The position numbers and the translations under genes are program-made. A stretch of DNA of 64,000 bases. It comes from Podarcis bocagei. Its lineage: Eukaryota. Below the pieces are notes generated by a model, which saw only the letters and a list, made by a program, of their open reading frames with translations, did not search any database and was not told the origin of the DNA. This document shows positions 23,552 through 35,800 of this stretch, in pieces (position 1 is the first letter of the stretch; each line of letters starts with the position of its first letter). The stretch lies in assembly GCA_964188305.1 (NCBI GenBank), contig OZ076897.1. One strand, written 5' to 3'.

Positions 23552-25865
23552 TTTGTCCAATGTACAGAATTTTCACTTCTCTGTCTCATTAGGCCTTCAA
23601 ATCTTTCCTTTTCTTTTGGCAATAAATAATATATAGGCCAGTATCTGATGAGATGGATGAAGCTGTCTGTTTTATATATATATTTATATATTTTTCTTGC
23701 GTATGTGCCTAGCATCGCAATCATTCCTGTGTGTTGAGAGAGCTGAGTGACACTTTTTAGCAGCTCACTATTTATAGGGTTGTGGAAAGGATGTCTATTC
23801 CAGAGGCTTTTACCTTAACCTAAACCAGGAAGGCACTTATAAAATTGAATTGGCTGCTTAGAGAGCTCATATTCTATTGTAAATTACAATCTATAGTTCT
23901 GTCTGACTGCCGGACAATCAGGAGATCACAAAACTGTGCTGATTCTTGTTTTCTGATTAAATTTAGGCTACTATCCTTCTGTGCCAGATTTCTTAAAAAA
24001 GAAAAGAAATAGGCAGAAGCAGAGAGGTAAATGCATTATCAGGAAATATATTTTTATAGGAATAATATTTCAAAACAAATTCTATACATAACGCTAGAAA
24101 CAGATATCAAATTCAGCCTGCTATAATTTGGGACTAAGTGTTATGGAGGTAATGCAAATTTATTTTTGGTTTAAAGAGAAGGATATTTGGTCTGGCATCC
24201 TTCCTATGAAAGTTGATCATGCCGCTCAAATGTCATTTGTCAGGAACCTGCGGTCACCTTGTTTGTCAATACTCTTGCAATGTTCCTGATCTTAAACACA
24301 TAAACTGTTCTATTGCTGGATTTGACTGCAGATACTTGCCTCCAGAGATCATTACAATGATTTCTAAACAAGCACTGAAATGCTAAGTACCTCAAATTAC
24401 CCAACATTTCCTACAGAATGTGTGATTCTTAGGAAATACATCTTACTTGTATTGGAAGTACAAGAGCCGAGATCATTCAGTTAGTAACCTAAAATTAATT
24501 CTGTTAATAGTCAACCAACAAAGGGGTGGTGGTGGTGGTGGTAGCAACTGGTCAGAATGGCATGATCCTTGCTGAGGTAAACTGAGTTCTGTTTGGCTAG
24601 TTAGTGTTGAGGGAGTTTTCATCTGAATGTTAGTTGTATGGACATGTATCAGCTAGGCCTGAATTACTAAGAAGGACAAACACTCCTCTGTTTATTTCTC
24701 CTCATATGATGTACCATACTTTTATTCTTCCATTTACCCAGTAAAGTATTAGGCATTTCTCTTCTCTCTTTATTCCATCTGTGTTATTTAAGGGACTTTG
24801 CTAACAAGTGGGGTTTATGTCTCTCTCACTGTACTTCCCTCATTTCGTAACATCCTTCCCCTCCATTTAGGACAAACGCTTGGGATCTTTATACCATTTC
24901 TATAAGTCACACAGGCTATATACTGGCCTCAAAGGAATGGCTGTGAGGAAGAGAACTGAGATAATCACTGAACAATATCAGCTTTGAAGTACAGTATGGT
25001 GAGGGGTCCTTTTGTGATACATCATATCTTCCTTTTCAAGTGACTCCCGCCCTCAATTTTGTCCCTGTGTTCCTTTTTTCCTTCCCAAAAGCAGAAGAAA
25101 AGAGACATGCCCCAAGGCACAATAATGTTTTTGCACAATAACAGCTCGTTCACATTTGCTGAGCAGAATCCATATATCTCCCCTTAAGTTTGCACTTCCT
25201 TAATGGAGAATATTGCACTCCAAGCACTCTTTGGTATAAAAGGCAGTACTTCCCCCAGACAACACATACTTGGCCGATGAGATTGTTGGCTAGAATTGCT
25301 GTGCGAGAATCACAGGCATGTATTGGACATTATCTGTGATGTCATGGTACAGATAATGAGCGGTGCAACTTCCTCCCTCAAACGTGTTCAATTTTGCGAA
25401 ACCTAGCCAGCTATTGGCTATGTACACCCCTGCTGTTCCAACCCTTAACACTATAGTGATCAAAGCTGCTTTGAAGCAGAAAACAAAACCCAACAGGGCT
25501 TTGTGAGTGCAGTCCTATGCATGTTGATATAGGGGAGGGATAAGCCCTGTTGGACACAATGCGTCTTTCTCCTGAGAAAACATGCATGGAATTCAGTTGC
25601 AAATGGATCTAGTCGTCCATCCAGCCTGGTACTGTCTACTTTGATTGGCAGTGGCTCTCCAGAGATTCAGGAAGGACTGTGTCACTCACCTTACCTCTGT
25701 CTCTCTGAGTCTTTGCAGCATACCAGGCAGGAGAGAGGGAAGGGGAGGGTTACTGTGGTGGTGAGGTTGGTGCAGTGCGAATGCGTGGGCAGAGCCAATC
25801 AAGCACTCAGTCAAACAGAGCTCTTGTGTACAGCACAGACCTACAATGCCATCCACTGCTGACAG

Positions 25866-26950
25866 GAACATAAGAAGAGCAACTGGATCAGGTTAATGGC
25901 CCATCTAGTGCCATATCCTGTTCTAACAGTGGCCAACTGGGTGCCTGTAGGAAATATGTAAGCAGGATTCAAGTACAAAGGCACTTTCCCTTCCTGTAGT
26001 TACCAATAACTGTTATTCGGAGGCATTGCTGCATACCGCTGTAGAGCTAGAAAAATGCAACCTGTGCTGCTGATAGAAAAATACAAAGCCTTATGCAAAG
26101 CCACAGAGACTTGCGAACTACCCAACCTAAGATGAACTTATAATGTCTGATTTCAATTGATTTTTCAAGTGCTTTTTAGGTGAGTTCATGAAGATACCAA
26201 CAAAAGGTAAGTTCAGTGTTGTTCACAGTACCGAGAGATGCTAGTGAGGTTGTAGATGGATGTTAATGAAGTCGTACCTGTTTTGCACCTGTTTCACCCT
26301 GGTAGTCTTCGTGAACTTACCTAAAAAGATAAAGAAAACAAAAGACAGAGTTAAGCACTTGAAAAATCCATTGAAATAAGACATTCACATAAGTTCATCT
26401 TGGGTTGGGTAGTTTGCGAGTCTCTGTGGCTTTGCATAAGGTTTTGTATTTTTCTCAGAAGATTGATAAAGAATATAATCATTTTGGTAATTATTGTGTG
26501 TATATTAGTCGCCTACAGCTGTAGAGGCCATAGAGGCCAGAGCCTAGCCATCATGGCTAGTAACCATCAATATCCCTCTCCATGAATTTGCCAGATCCCC
26601 TTTTTAAAGGTTGTTGGCCATTACTTGCTCTTATGAGAGTAAGATCCACAGCTGAACTATGCTCTGTGTGAAAAAGAGCTTTCTTTTATCTATCCCAACG
26701 CTTCCAGCATTCAGCTTCCTTGACTGTCCATGAGTTCTAGCATCATGAGATCAGGGGGAAAGCTTATCTCTACCCACTTTCTCCATGCCACGCATAATTC
26801 TCTAAACTTCTTTCATGTCCCCTCTTACTTGTCTTTTCTCCAAACTCCAAAGTCCCCTTTCTTCATAAGGGATTCACTCCGTCCCCTTGATCATTTTGGT
26901 TGCCATCTGAACCTTTTCCAACTCTACAATATCCTTTTTAAGGTGAGGCA
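25866..26950 (-). mobile_element. Old CR1-clade LINE 3' fragment, interrupted by a foldback element
   Basis: Minus strand 26950-26600 gives decayed CR1 ORF2 C-terminal residues (LKKDIVELEKVQ..ATKMIKG..SLEKR..RGDM); its 3' UTR (AACATAAGAAGAGC..CTGGATCAGG..GGCCCATCTAG on +) recurs near 17400, 36840 and 39630-39790. Confidence 0.7.
26075..26455. repeat. Long inverted repeat (foldback), arms about 125 bp
   Basis: 26075-26199 is the approximate reverse complement of 26300-26455 (AGAAAAATACAAAGCCTTATGCAAAGCCACAGAGAC... versus ...GTCTCTGTGGCTTTGCATAAGGTTTTGTATTTTTCT). Confidence 0.9.
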
Positions 26951-28591
26951 ATAGGCTTGCTTATGCCTGAGTCTCCAGAGAGCCTCTGCCAGTCAGTGCT
27001 GGATATGGACAAATAGTTGGCTTCCTGTGACCTCTACACAGACTTGACCTCCCTTGAGAACCTAGACTTTGGTTTTTACTCATGCCTGAAAGAGAAAAGA
27101 ACACAGTGCTGTGCCTTTAATCATGAACTTCCTGATCTTTCACCTGTTTGTATGGTGAGGTCACACTAGAATTCACTGGGTGTAACACTTGTTTTGCTTG
27201 AACTTATCTACAGTAAAGAGTCTGGCAATGATCTACTACTTGGAAGCCTTTTTATTGTTGGAGATTATCCAACGTGTTATTTTTATATTTTATACTTTTT
27301 GAAGAGGAGGAAGAGGAAGAAGAAATCGACCACCTCATCTAGATGGGCTGCAAATGGAGCTGAAGATTCTATCCCACTTTTTGCCTTGAATTGCAATGGT
27401 TGCTTTCCCAGCAAAGACAGAGGCCAGCTTCAGATGCTGCTCATAGTCACCACTTCATGCAAGCACTGAATTGCTTTGCCCTTGTAGGTTTGATGTGAAC
27501 CACCAGAGCACTGATGTGCTCTGTTCTATCCTGTTGTTACAATGGATCTCTTGTCCCTCTCACAGCTTCTCCTACCCTGATCCTCCCTTTGGTCTATCTT
27601 CTGATGGAACAAGCAGGGCCCAACAGCAGCCAGCCCTACCGTTAGGCAGAATGAGGCAACTGCCTCAGGCAGCATATACTTGGATGGGGGTAGCATTCCC
27701 CTAAACATGGTGCGAAGATCAGGTGACTGGATTTACTGTCTTGGTGCTGTCGATGGGTAACTCCAGGTGCCCCCTGCTTTTCATCTTTAAGCCAGACTTC
27801 GATCAGACAACCCATGAAATAGACAATATCTTCAGTCATAGAAGAATGTCCTCCAACAGCCCTTCAAATAGAGGACTGGCCTCTGTAAAGTTGGACACAA
27901 TGACACCCTAAATGGTAGAGGCTGCCCATATCGTCTTACCTTTAAAACGTGTGTTTGGAACAAGTGCATTAAGATGATATCAGCTATCAGAAATCCAGGT
28001 ATTTGTTTTGTGGTGTTCTGTTGTTTTCCCCCCTGGACAAATGATTTAGAAAAATAAAATCAATGCAGTGCTTTTCAGCTTGCTGGAATCTTAGGGAAAG
28101 ATGGTGCTCCTGTTTACACAATAAAAACCACTGTGAACCTTTTAGACCTCGACATGGCAATGAGCTGTTTAAAAATAAAATGCTGTGGAGCTATCCATTC
28201 TGCAAGCAGACATGCAGTTTTCAAGAACCGGTTTCATCCAGATGAGATGGCATGAGGCTCTGCTCATGTTCAGCAAACCAGGAAGGCAAGAGACTAGAAG
28301 CATGAAAGACACACAGGAGTGGCTCACCAGATAGAACAGACGTACTATACCAGCTGCCCATCAACTGGGTTGCTATTGTTTACTAGGAAGCAGGAGACAG
28401 GTGAGGCGGTGGGTAGGTTGGCATGGTACAAATGCACTGGTGGAGCCAATCTAGCCCTTCTGCTGGTGTGCTTACAGCATGCTGGTCTCCCCACCACCTC
28501 ATGCCTCTCCTTCCCAGTAAGCAATTGGGCAGAAAATGGAATTCACCCAAGTAACCCCCAAGTCTTTCATTTTTACACCTAAAGTTACGTA

Positions 28592-29198
28592 TGTCATGGA
28601 CTGGCTGGATGCAGACCAGTGGTGTGGGGAACCATCTGGGGAAGCCCCAAGGGAATCTGCAGGGGAAGAAGGATCAGAGCCAGGGGGTTGGTGGTGGGAT
28701 GACAATGAGTACTCAGAGGGAGAAGAGGAAGCAGACTGGGAGGAGGAAGTGTCAGAAGCTGAAAAGGTAACTGGGTTTTGTGAGCAGGAAGAGGCTGTGG
28801 CAGAGGGCAGTCCAGAACCAGAGGCAACAGAGGAGGGGCCAAGAGAAAGAGATGAGGCAGGCTGCTGAAGAAGCCAGGGAATCTCCCCCTCCTGCTGTGA
28901 CCAGCTCCCCTCTCTGCTGATCTCCCAGAACATGAAGAGGAATGAAGAAGGTGGAGCAAAGAGAGACAAGGTGAAGGAGCCTTAGGCTGCAGTGGAAGGA
29001 ACCAGGGGAGGAGCCTTAGAGAGCAGTGGGAAGGCAGGAACCATCAGTCCTCGCAATTGCCTCATTGGGGTAAAGGCCTCCTGGGAAGAGTTGCTATGAT
29101 CACTAGGCCTGATCAGTTTTGGTTTCTTGGGGGGGGGGGGAGAATTAACTTCACTGACACTGGGTGTTTTCTTGTTGATTTGCCCCAGAAAAGTTACA
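28592..29198 (+). mobile_element. Probable solo LTR (Gypsy-type)
   Basis: Starts TGTCATGG and ends GTTACA; purine-rich interior giving a spurious Glu-rich ORF; no clean TSD seen. Confidence 0.5.
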
Positions 29199-29325
29199 AA
29201 GGTAACCTCATCACTGCGAAGTAAGAATCTCATACATACAATTCTCAAGGGAAATTGGGATAAGTGAAATAGACTTTAATCCCTGCTTGTATAGTTGGCA
29301 TATATATATATATATATATATATAT

Positions 29326-29434
29326 GCTTTCGTAGATTTTCACGGGTACAGGAATGCAGGTTTTGGTGTCTTCGGGTGTCTTCCCAAAGACACCCCAACT
29401 CTTACACGGGAAGACACCCGAAGACACCAAAACC

Positions 29435-29439
<5 letters not shown>
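29326..29439. mobile_element. Penelope-like terminal fragment with inverted duplication inside a (TA)n microsatellite
   Basis: Perfect 32-bp inverted repeat 29354-29385 / 29408-29439 with a 22-nt loop; (TA)n on both sides (29300-29325, 29439-29487). Family assignment is from recalled similarity only. Confidence 0.55.
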
Positions 29440-29490
<51 letters not shown>

Positions 29491-29750
29491 TTGGCTTGTA
29501 TAGTTGGTATAGTTGTGGATACGCCTGGAAGCAAAAGGAAAGTCCAATGCTATGAAGAAAAATATTGCATAGTTGGCATTCATTTTTACCATACTTTTAT
29601 TATGTCTGCTGTCTTGTCTTTTTATTGCTATTTTTGAAATAATATTTTATGCATGTGTATATTCTTATTTCTTGAATTTATATACCACTCTTTCTCCCAA
29701 AGGAGCCCACCGATTATCATTTTTTATTAAGCTGTATGTAGATCTAAATA

Positions 29751-29797
29751 ACATACATACATACATACATACATACATACATACATACATACATACA
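29751..29797. repeat. (ACAT)n microsatellite
   Basis: Directly visible. Confidence 0.95.
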
Positions 29798-31922
29798 TGC
29801 TGGCCTTGAACCATTCAAATAGAGGATTTATTTGAAATAGTGTATTGTCCTCTAGAAACCAAAAAACATGGCCAGACTACTCCCTGCTCACCATCAGCCA
29901 AATCTCCAAAGGCAAGGGAGTCCAGTTCTTGATGTATCTTAAATAGCAAGCAGCTTCATGCAGGAGAAGGTGGGCCTTCAGGTACCTAGGTTCCCAGCCA
30001 TGCAGGATTTAAAAGGTTAGCACCAGCCCCGTGAATTGTGCTGCCAGAGCACCTGCCAAGGTGAAATGGGTTCCATGTATCTTGTTGTGGCCAAGAATCT
30101 TGCAGCACCAGTAATTTGAAGACTTCCCAGATATTCCAGTGGATCCAAATTACTTCGGCAGCCCCAAACAGAATACATCACAACAGTGTGACATGGAAGT
30201 TCCTAGAGGATGGTGAAGAATGGGCTGGACATCTGGTCTACTGGGCTGAGTTGGACATTCAAAGCTAGGGCCCAACGTAAGAGCATCCGCAAGTTGCAAA
30301 CTTGAACTTTCTACCTTTAGGTACTGGTTCTAACACCACTTCTCCCTCCATCAAAACACCACCTACCAACAGTACTTCCATCATGTTGAGATGGCACTTC
30401 AGTTTGCACTCATTCAGCCCATTACCGATTCCAGCACTGATTCCATACATGTTCCAGTCCATGGTTTCTCATCACAGGAATTGCCTCAAACTTCCTTGTT
30501 ATGACACTGAAACACAGACATAGGCCAAGCAAACCTCTCCATATAAGCAAAGCATAGGCAACAGGAGGTTCGTTTCAAACAGCAACATTATTTAGAGAGC
30601 TGTAGAGGGCAAATTCAGTCATATTCATTCATGCCACCAAGTTTCCCTTAGGGAAGATGCAAATCATTTATCTCCAGACAACCCTACCAAACAAAAGAGC
30701 AGAAATAGGAAAGCATCGTAATTTGTAGCTTTAAAAACCACACACGATGAGGGCAAAAGATTCAGCACTGAGTTTCACAATAAGGACAGCAACCATTATT
30801 ATGTCCCCATAATTAAATATGCATCTGAAGTCTTTTTAGCATAATCTAACGAAGAGTTTGCCCTCTAGCTCCCTCTGGTGAATTGCCACATGTTGTTGAT
30901 TACAGCCACAGGGCAACCGAGAATAACAACAAAAAATCTGAATCCACCTAGAATGGCCATGATGATGTCATAATTCACAAGAGCTGACTTTTGAGCAAAT
31001 AAGTTAGTGAGGTGTTTTTGAACTTGGAGAATCTGGGAAAAACCAAGTTTCTAGTTCTCATTGTAGTACAGAAAATCATGAAATACAAAAAGCAGGCTTG
31101 GATAAAGGCTCCGAAAAAGTTCTTTTCATTCTTGCTCTACTACTATCCAAAATCTGGACAAAGAAAACCAATTAGGAGTTTTCTAGTAACAGAATTTTAA
31201 CTCTGCATTCCATATGCTCTGGGAATAATAAAGATTTTACATACATATTTAGATATCAAAACAAATCTTGCTGATGGACTCAACTTCAGAAGGGTTTAGA
31301 GGAGTTTAGCAAAGATGGTAGAGAATTTAGGCCCCAGTGTGGTGAAGTGAATCAAATTGGGATTCAAGTCTTAGAAGCCCACTGCATTACTTAGGGCAAG
31401 TAAGCATTGCTTGGCTGCACAAGGTTGTTGCATGGATAAAATGGGATAAGCAGCACCATGTCTGGGCAACTTGGAAGAAAATGGGGTGTGAATGTGATAA
31501 ACTGTCAAGGCTGAAGCAACTGGGAAAAGTAAGAACTAGGAAGGTGGAAAGGAATCAAAGATCAGAGCTGCATGGTTATCAAGCCCAGGCAGACGTTTGC
31601 AGACTTCTGAAGGCCTCACATTCACAAGAGAGCACATACTTGTATTCCTGTATATTTTGAATTGTTTACTTAAAGAGGAAGTTTTCTTTTAAGAAAATTT
31701 AAAAGTCTTAAATTTTCAGTCTCTTCCATTGGTAGAGAAGTTATTTGAAACATTAATCAGGAGGAGAGCAGGGAACACCTAGAAAGTTATTGTTTAACCC
31801 AAGATAGTCAACAGGACTTCAGAGCAATCATGCCTGGGCATAGTAGACTCCTTAACTTATAGCCTTACAATAGCTTGTTGGCAACAGACATTGTAAATGT
31901 GAAAGGTGAGCCAGGCTCTGGA

Positions 31923-31974
<52 letters not shown>

Positions 31975-32290
31975 CCCGCCATCAGGAAATGGGCACAACA
32001 GCATTCTCCCCCCCCCCACTGTTTTCAGCAACTGGTGTTCAGAGGCAAGCCGCTTCCCACAGTGAGCATAGAACACAGCCATTAGATTTAGTACCTACTG
32101 ATAACTTTATCCTCCAAGAATTTGTATAATCCTCTTTTAAAGCCATTCCAAGATGGTGGCCACCACTGCCTCCCGTGGAAACAAGTTCCATAGTTCAAGC
32201 CAGCAGCTTTGTGCTTGGGTCTTTAGAGCAGTCTGGATGGGTAAAAAGCTCTGATTGGGTATTCCCCATCTTGGTGCCCTCCAACTTCCT

Positions 32291-32556
32291 GAGCCAGTGT
32301 GGTGTAGTGGTTAAGAGCTGTGGACTCGTAATCTGGTGAACTGGGTTCGATTCCCCACTCCTCCACATGCAGTTGCTGGGTGACCTTGGGCCAGTCACAC
32401 TTCTCTGAAGTCTCTCAGCCCCACTCACCTCACAGAGTGTTTGTTGTGGGGGAGGAAGGGAAAGGAGAATGTTAGCCACTTTGAGACTCCTTCGGGTAGT
32501 GATAAAGCGGGATATCAAATCCAAACTCCTCCTCCTCCTCCTCCTCTTCTTCTTCT
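32291..32556 (+). mobile_element. tRNA-derived SINE (Squam3-type), full length
   Basis: A box TGGTGTAGTGG, B box GGTTCGATTCC, about 260 bp, (CTC/CTT)n tail. Confidence 0.88.
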
Positions 32557-32596
32557 CATAGCCCCAGTCAGCCTCGTTAGAGAGCAACAGCTAAAT

Positions 32597-32940
32597 CAGG
32601 GGTTGGCAAGGCTTACCGGCCATGGGCCAGATTACTCCCACAGAGATTATCTGTGGACTGGGCTGGTGCAGCGCAGCACCAGAAATCGCTTCTGTGCATG
32701 CCCAGATGCCGAAAGTCGCACCTGCACAGAAGTGATTTTCAGTGTCTGGGCATGCACAGAAGTGCTTTCTGGTATCTGCATGTGCGGTATCTGCACGTGC
32801 GCAGATGCGATTCCAGCACCGCTCAGCGAGTCCCCACACTGCACTGCACCGGTTTAGCACAGTGCGCAGGGGACTCATCGAGCAGGCAGCTCAGTTTGGG
32901 GGCAGCTCGTGGGCTGGTAAAACGGTCTTCATGAGCTAGA
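32597..32940. mobile_element. Degenerate hAT-type MITE
   Basis: Starts CAGGGGTTGGCAA; internal inverted repeat CTTCTGTGCATGCCCAGA / TCTGGGCATGCACAGAAG; right end poorly defined. Confidence 0.55.
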
Positions 32941-32997
32941 TGGCAGCAGCCAGAGGTAGGCTGGGTGAATCCTATCCTCTTGCAGAGAATTGCCTAG

Positions 32998-33000
<3 letters not shown>

Positions 33001-33046
<46 letters not shown>
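33001..33046. repeat. (GT)n microsatellite (others at 13974-14001 and 34180-34225)
   Basis: Directly visible. Confidence 0.95.
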
Positions 33047-33051
<5 letters not shown>

Positions 33052-34177
33052 TATTGCTTCTATCTGCATTTGCATTTATGTATACTTACTAATACTACTA
33101 AAAGTGTTCAGTGCCATGTAAAGCACAATCATAAAAGTGTACAATAAATTCATTGGTAGCCTTATCTTCCAAAAAATGGCTAATGGTCAGGAATGATTAC
33201 AGCTGTAGTTGAGCAGGTTCTGGAGGGATACGGTTTCTCCATCCTTGTGCTAGAAGATATTGCAGATTGGATGTCATCTGATTCCCAGATTTGAGTCACT
33301 GACACAACATGAGCCAAAATAAGTTGGTGACTAAGTTGGTGACAACCCAGTGTATGCTTACCTGGGAGGAATCCCATTTGAATGCTGTGGGACTTACTTC
33401 TGAGTACATATGCACAGGATCAGACTGGGAGAATATGCCATGAGACAAGGAACTCACTTGGCAGCCTTAGAGTCTTGGCAAAACCTTGGCTTTTCATCTG
33501 CAGTATAAGGCTAATGACATGAGCTTATATTGCAGAGGTGCTGTGAGGGTCAGGGTGGCCAGCTGAAAAAGAGGGCACCTTTAACAGGTGTGTTGAAGAG
33601 ATTAGTTTGTCAGACTAGGGCCTAGGAGACCAAGATTCAAATCCCCACTCAACCATGAAGCTCACTGGGCAATTCTGGGTCGGCCTAACTTATTTCACAG
33701 GGTTGTTGTGGGGCAAAATGAGGGGGGTGAGAGCCAGGTACATCACCTTGAGCTCCTTGGAAGAAAGATGAGCTATAAATGCAATAAATAAAATAAATAG
33801 ATTCAACAGGTATCACTTCTCTTGCCTCTTGCCTTTTTTTGGTCCATTTGTTCGTTCTGTGTAAGGCAGCCCTCCAGATGTCTTGGACTACAAATCCCAT
33901 CAGTCCCAGGCAGCATGATGGGAGCTGTAGTCCAAAGCAACTGGAGGGCACCAGGTTGGTGAAGGCTAATGTAACAGCTTCCTAAGGCTAGAGAACAAGA
34001 ACCATTCCTCCATCCCTGCCACCTGTCCTCTGGAGGGTTAAAGGCATCTTGAGAGAGAAATAACTAACAACATAGTCTTCCCACTTTTGCTCCTGGACAT
34101 GCAGGTTTGCCAGGTTTTTTTCACGGTCCCATAAACCTGCAAAACCTGTTTCACCAGAAGCAACAGTGTGCCAAAAG

Positions 34178-34227
<50 letters not shown>

Positions 34228-35559
34228 ACAATGAGAAGCAAAGCGTCTCTCAAAGCTCTTTCAACTCTCTTAAAAACCATTGTTTGCCTCCCACATCAGA
34301 TAATGTGTGGGGAGCACTTTCAACTCGCAGCACACTCCATAAATGCAAAGTATTATTAAACTTCATTCCGCCCTCCCCTCCCCTCCAATTTCCCTTTCCA
34401 AAGCAGACCCCCACCCTCCCCACCCCACCCCATGCAATTCAGAGCGCACCCTGGCTTATAAACTCAAGCAGCTTAAAGATTTTAAAAGCTGAATCTATCT
34501 CTGCAAACAGCTGTAAATGAACTTTATCAAAGCTCAGGCAGAGCTCAAGCCTTCAGGTAAACAGGAGCATTTGCCAAGTGGAAATCCCAGCCCTTTGTAT
34601 ATTTAGTAATGAGTGAAGATAAGATTTCATTTTTGACAGCGTGACGGATACAATCATAAAAGGAATCACACCGTTACAGCAGCCCATAGACATGAAGAGT
34701 GAATTTGATGGTTACAGCTTTATACCTCGACGTGTCTTACCTTTCCTTTATTTAATGCACATGAAAGCCATTTTTTCCTGGTATGTGAGCTTTTCAAGGG
34801 GTGTGTGTGTGTGTGCGTGTGTGTGTTGTTGTTGTTTAAGAATGCAAACAAGAGAGATCTGACATCAGGTGCAAAACTGCTGCCCTCCCCAATAGTCACT
34901 TAAAGGATATTCATTTCATATCTTTTACAGACACGAGCATACAGTAAACAATGGTTTGCCGGTTCTTGGAAGAACATTGGGATTTTGTTGTTCCTCTTGT
35001 TTAAAAAGAATGTGACCATTACTGCAGTTTAAAACAGACCGATGAGGTGCACTGTTGAGAACAACTCATAAACCAGGAGACCGAATTAGATGTGGGCTAA
35101 ACTGACTTTATACAGCAGGGACTGGGAATATTAGGCCCAGGGGCCAAATGCAGCTTCCCTCTCTGGCCCTTGGCACTCCCCCAGGCCACTCCCCTTACCA
35201 GCCCGGCTTCACCCCCTCCTGGAATGTATTTGTCTGGCTGGAATGTGTCCTCGAACTCTTGCTTGCCTGAATAGAGGATCAAGAGCAATCTGTGAGTGTG
35301 GGTTGTTAAACTAGCCTCCTTGTACAAAGGTAAAATGAACATCAGCTCAATTGCTCACTACCAACCAGGCATCGGGGATAAATTTATTTCAATTCACATT
35401 TGAAGGTGAACTTGTCTAATTTGTACTTTCTGAAACAATATGCAGACTGAAACACAGCCATCCTTTGCACTTTGCATTTCTCTGAATTTCGCAACACAAT
35501 TCTCTAGCCAAGTAGTGTGGACAAAAATGCATATGATAGGGTAAAGTGCGAATATAAAT

Positions 35560-35800
35560 TAGGGTTGCCATATTTCAAAAAGTGAAAATCCGGACACAAA
35601 AGTTGTTGAGATTTTTTGGCAAAGTTGGAAAAGGGGGGGGGGAGTATTTAAAAGCAATTTTTAAGGAAAATCGACAAAAACAACATGGGTTGCCATATGT
35701 CCAAATTTTCCCAGACATTTTCGCGATTTCCACCTGGACACTGCTTCTAACTACAGTATTCCATATATGTCCAGGAGATTCTGGATGTATGGCAAACCTA
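35560..35800. mobile_element. hAT-like MITE
   Basis: TIRs TAGGGTTGCCATA and TATGGCAAACCTA; second internal GGGTTGCCATA; GGACA subrepeats. Confidence 0.7.

Noticed and set aside
28536-28868. Acidic 110-aa ORF
   Set aside because: It lies within a purine-rich LTR-like repeat and has no splice or homology support.
32291-32365. tRNA gene
   Set aside because: The A and B boxes belong to a SINE head that continues into SINE body; the same applies at 20802, 21141 and 43546.
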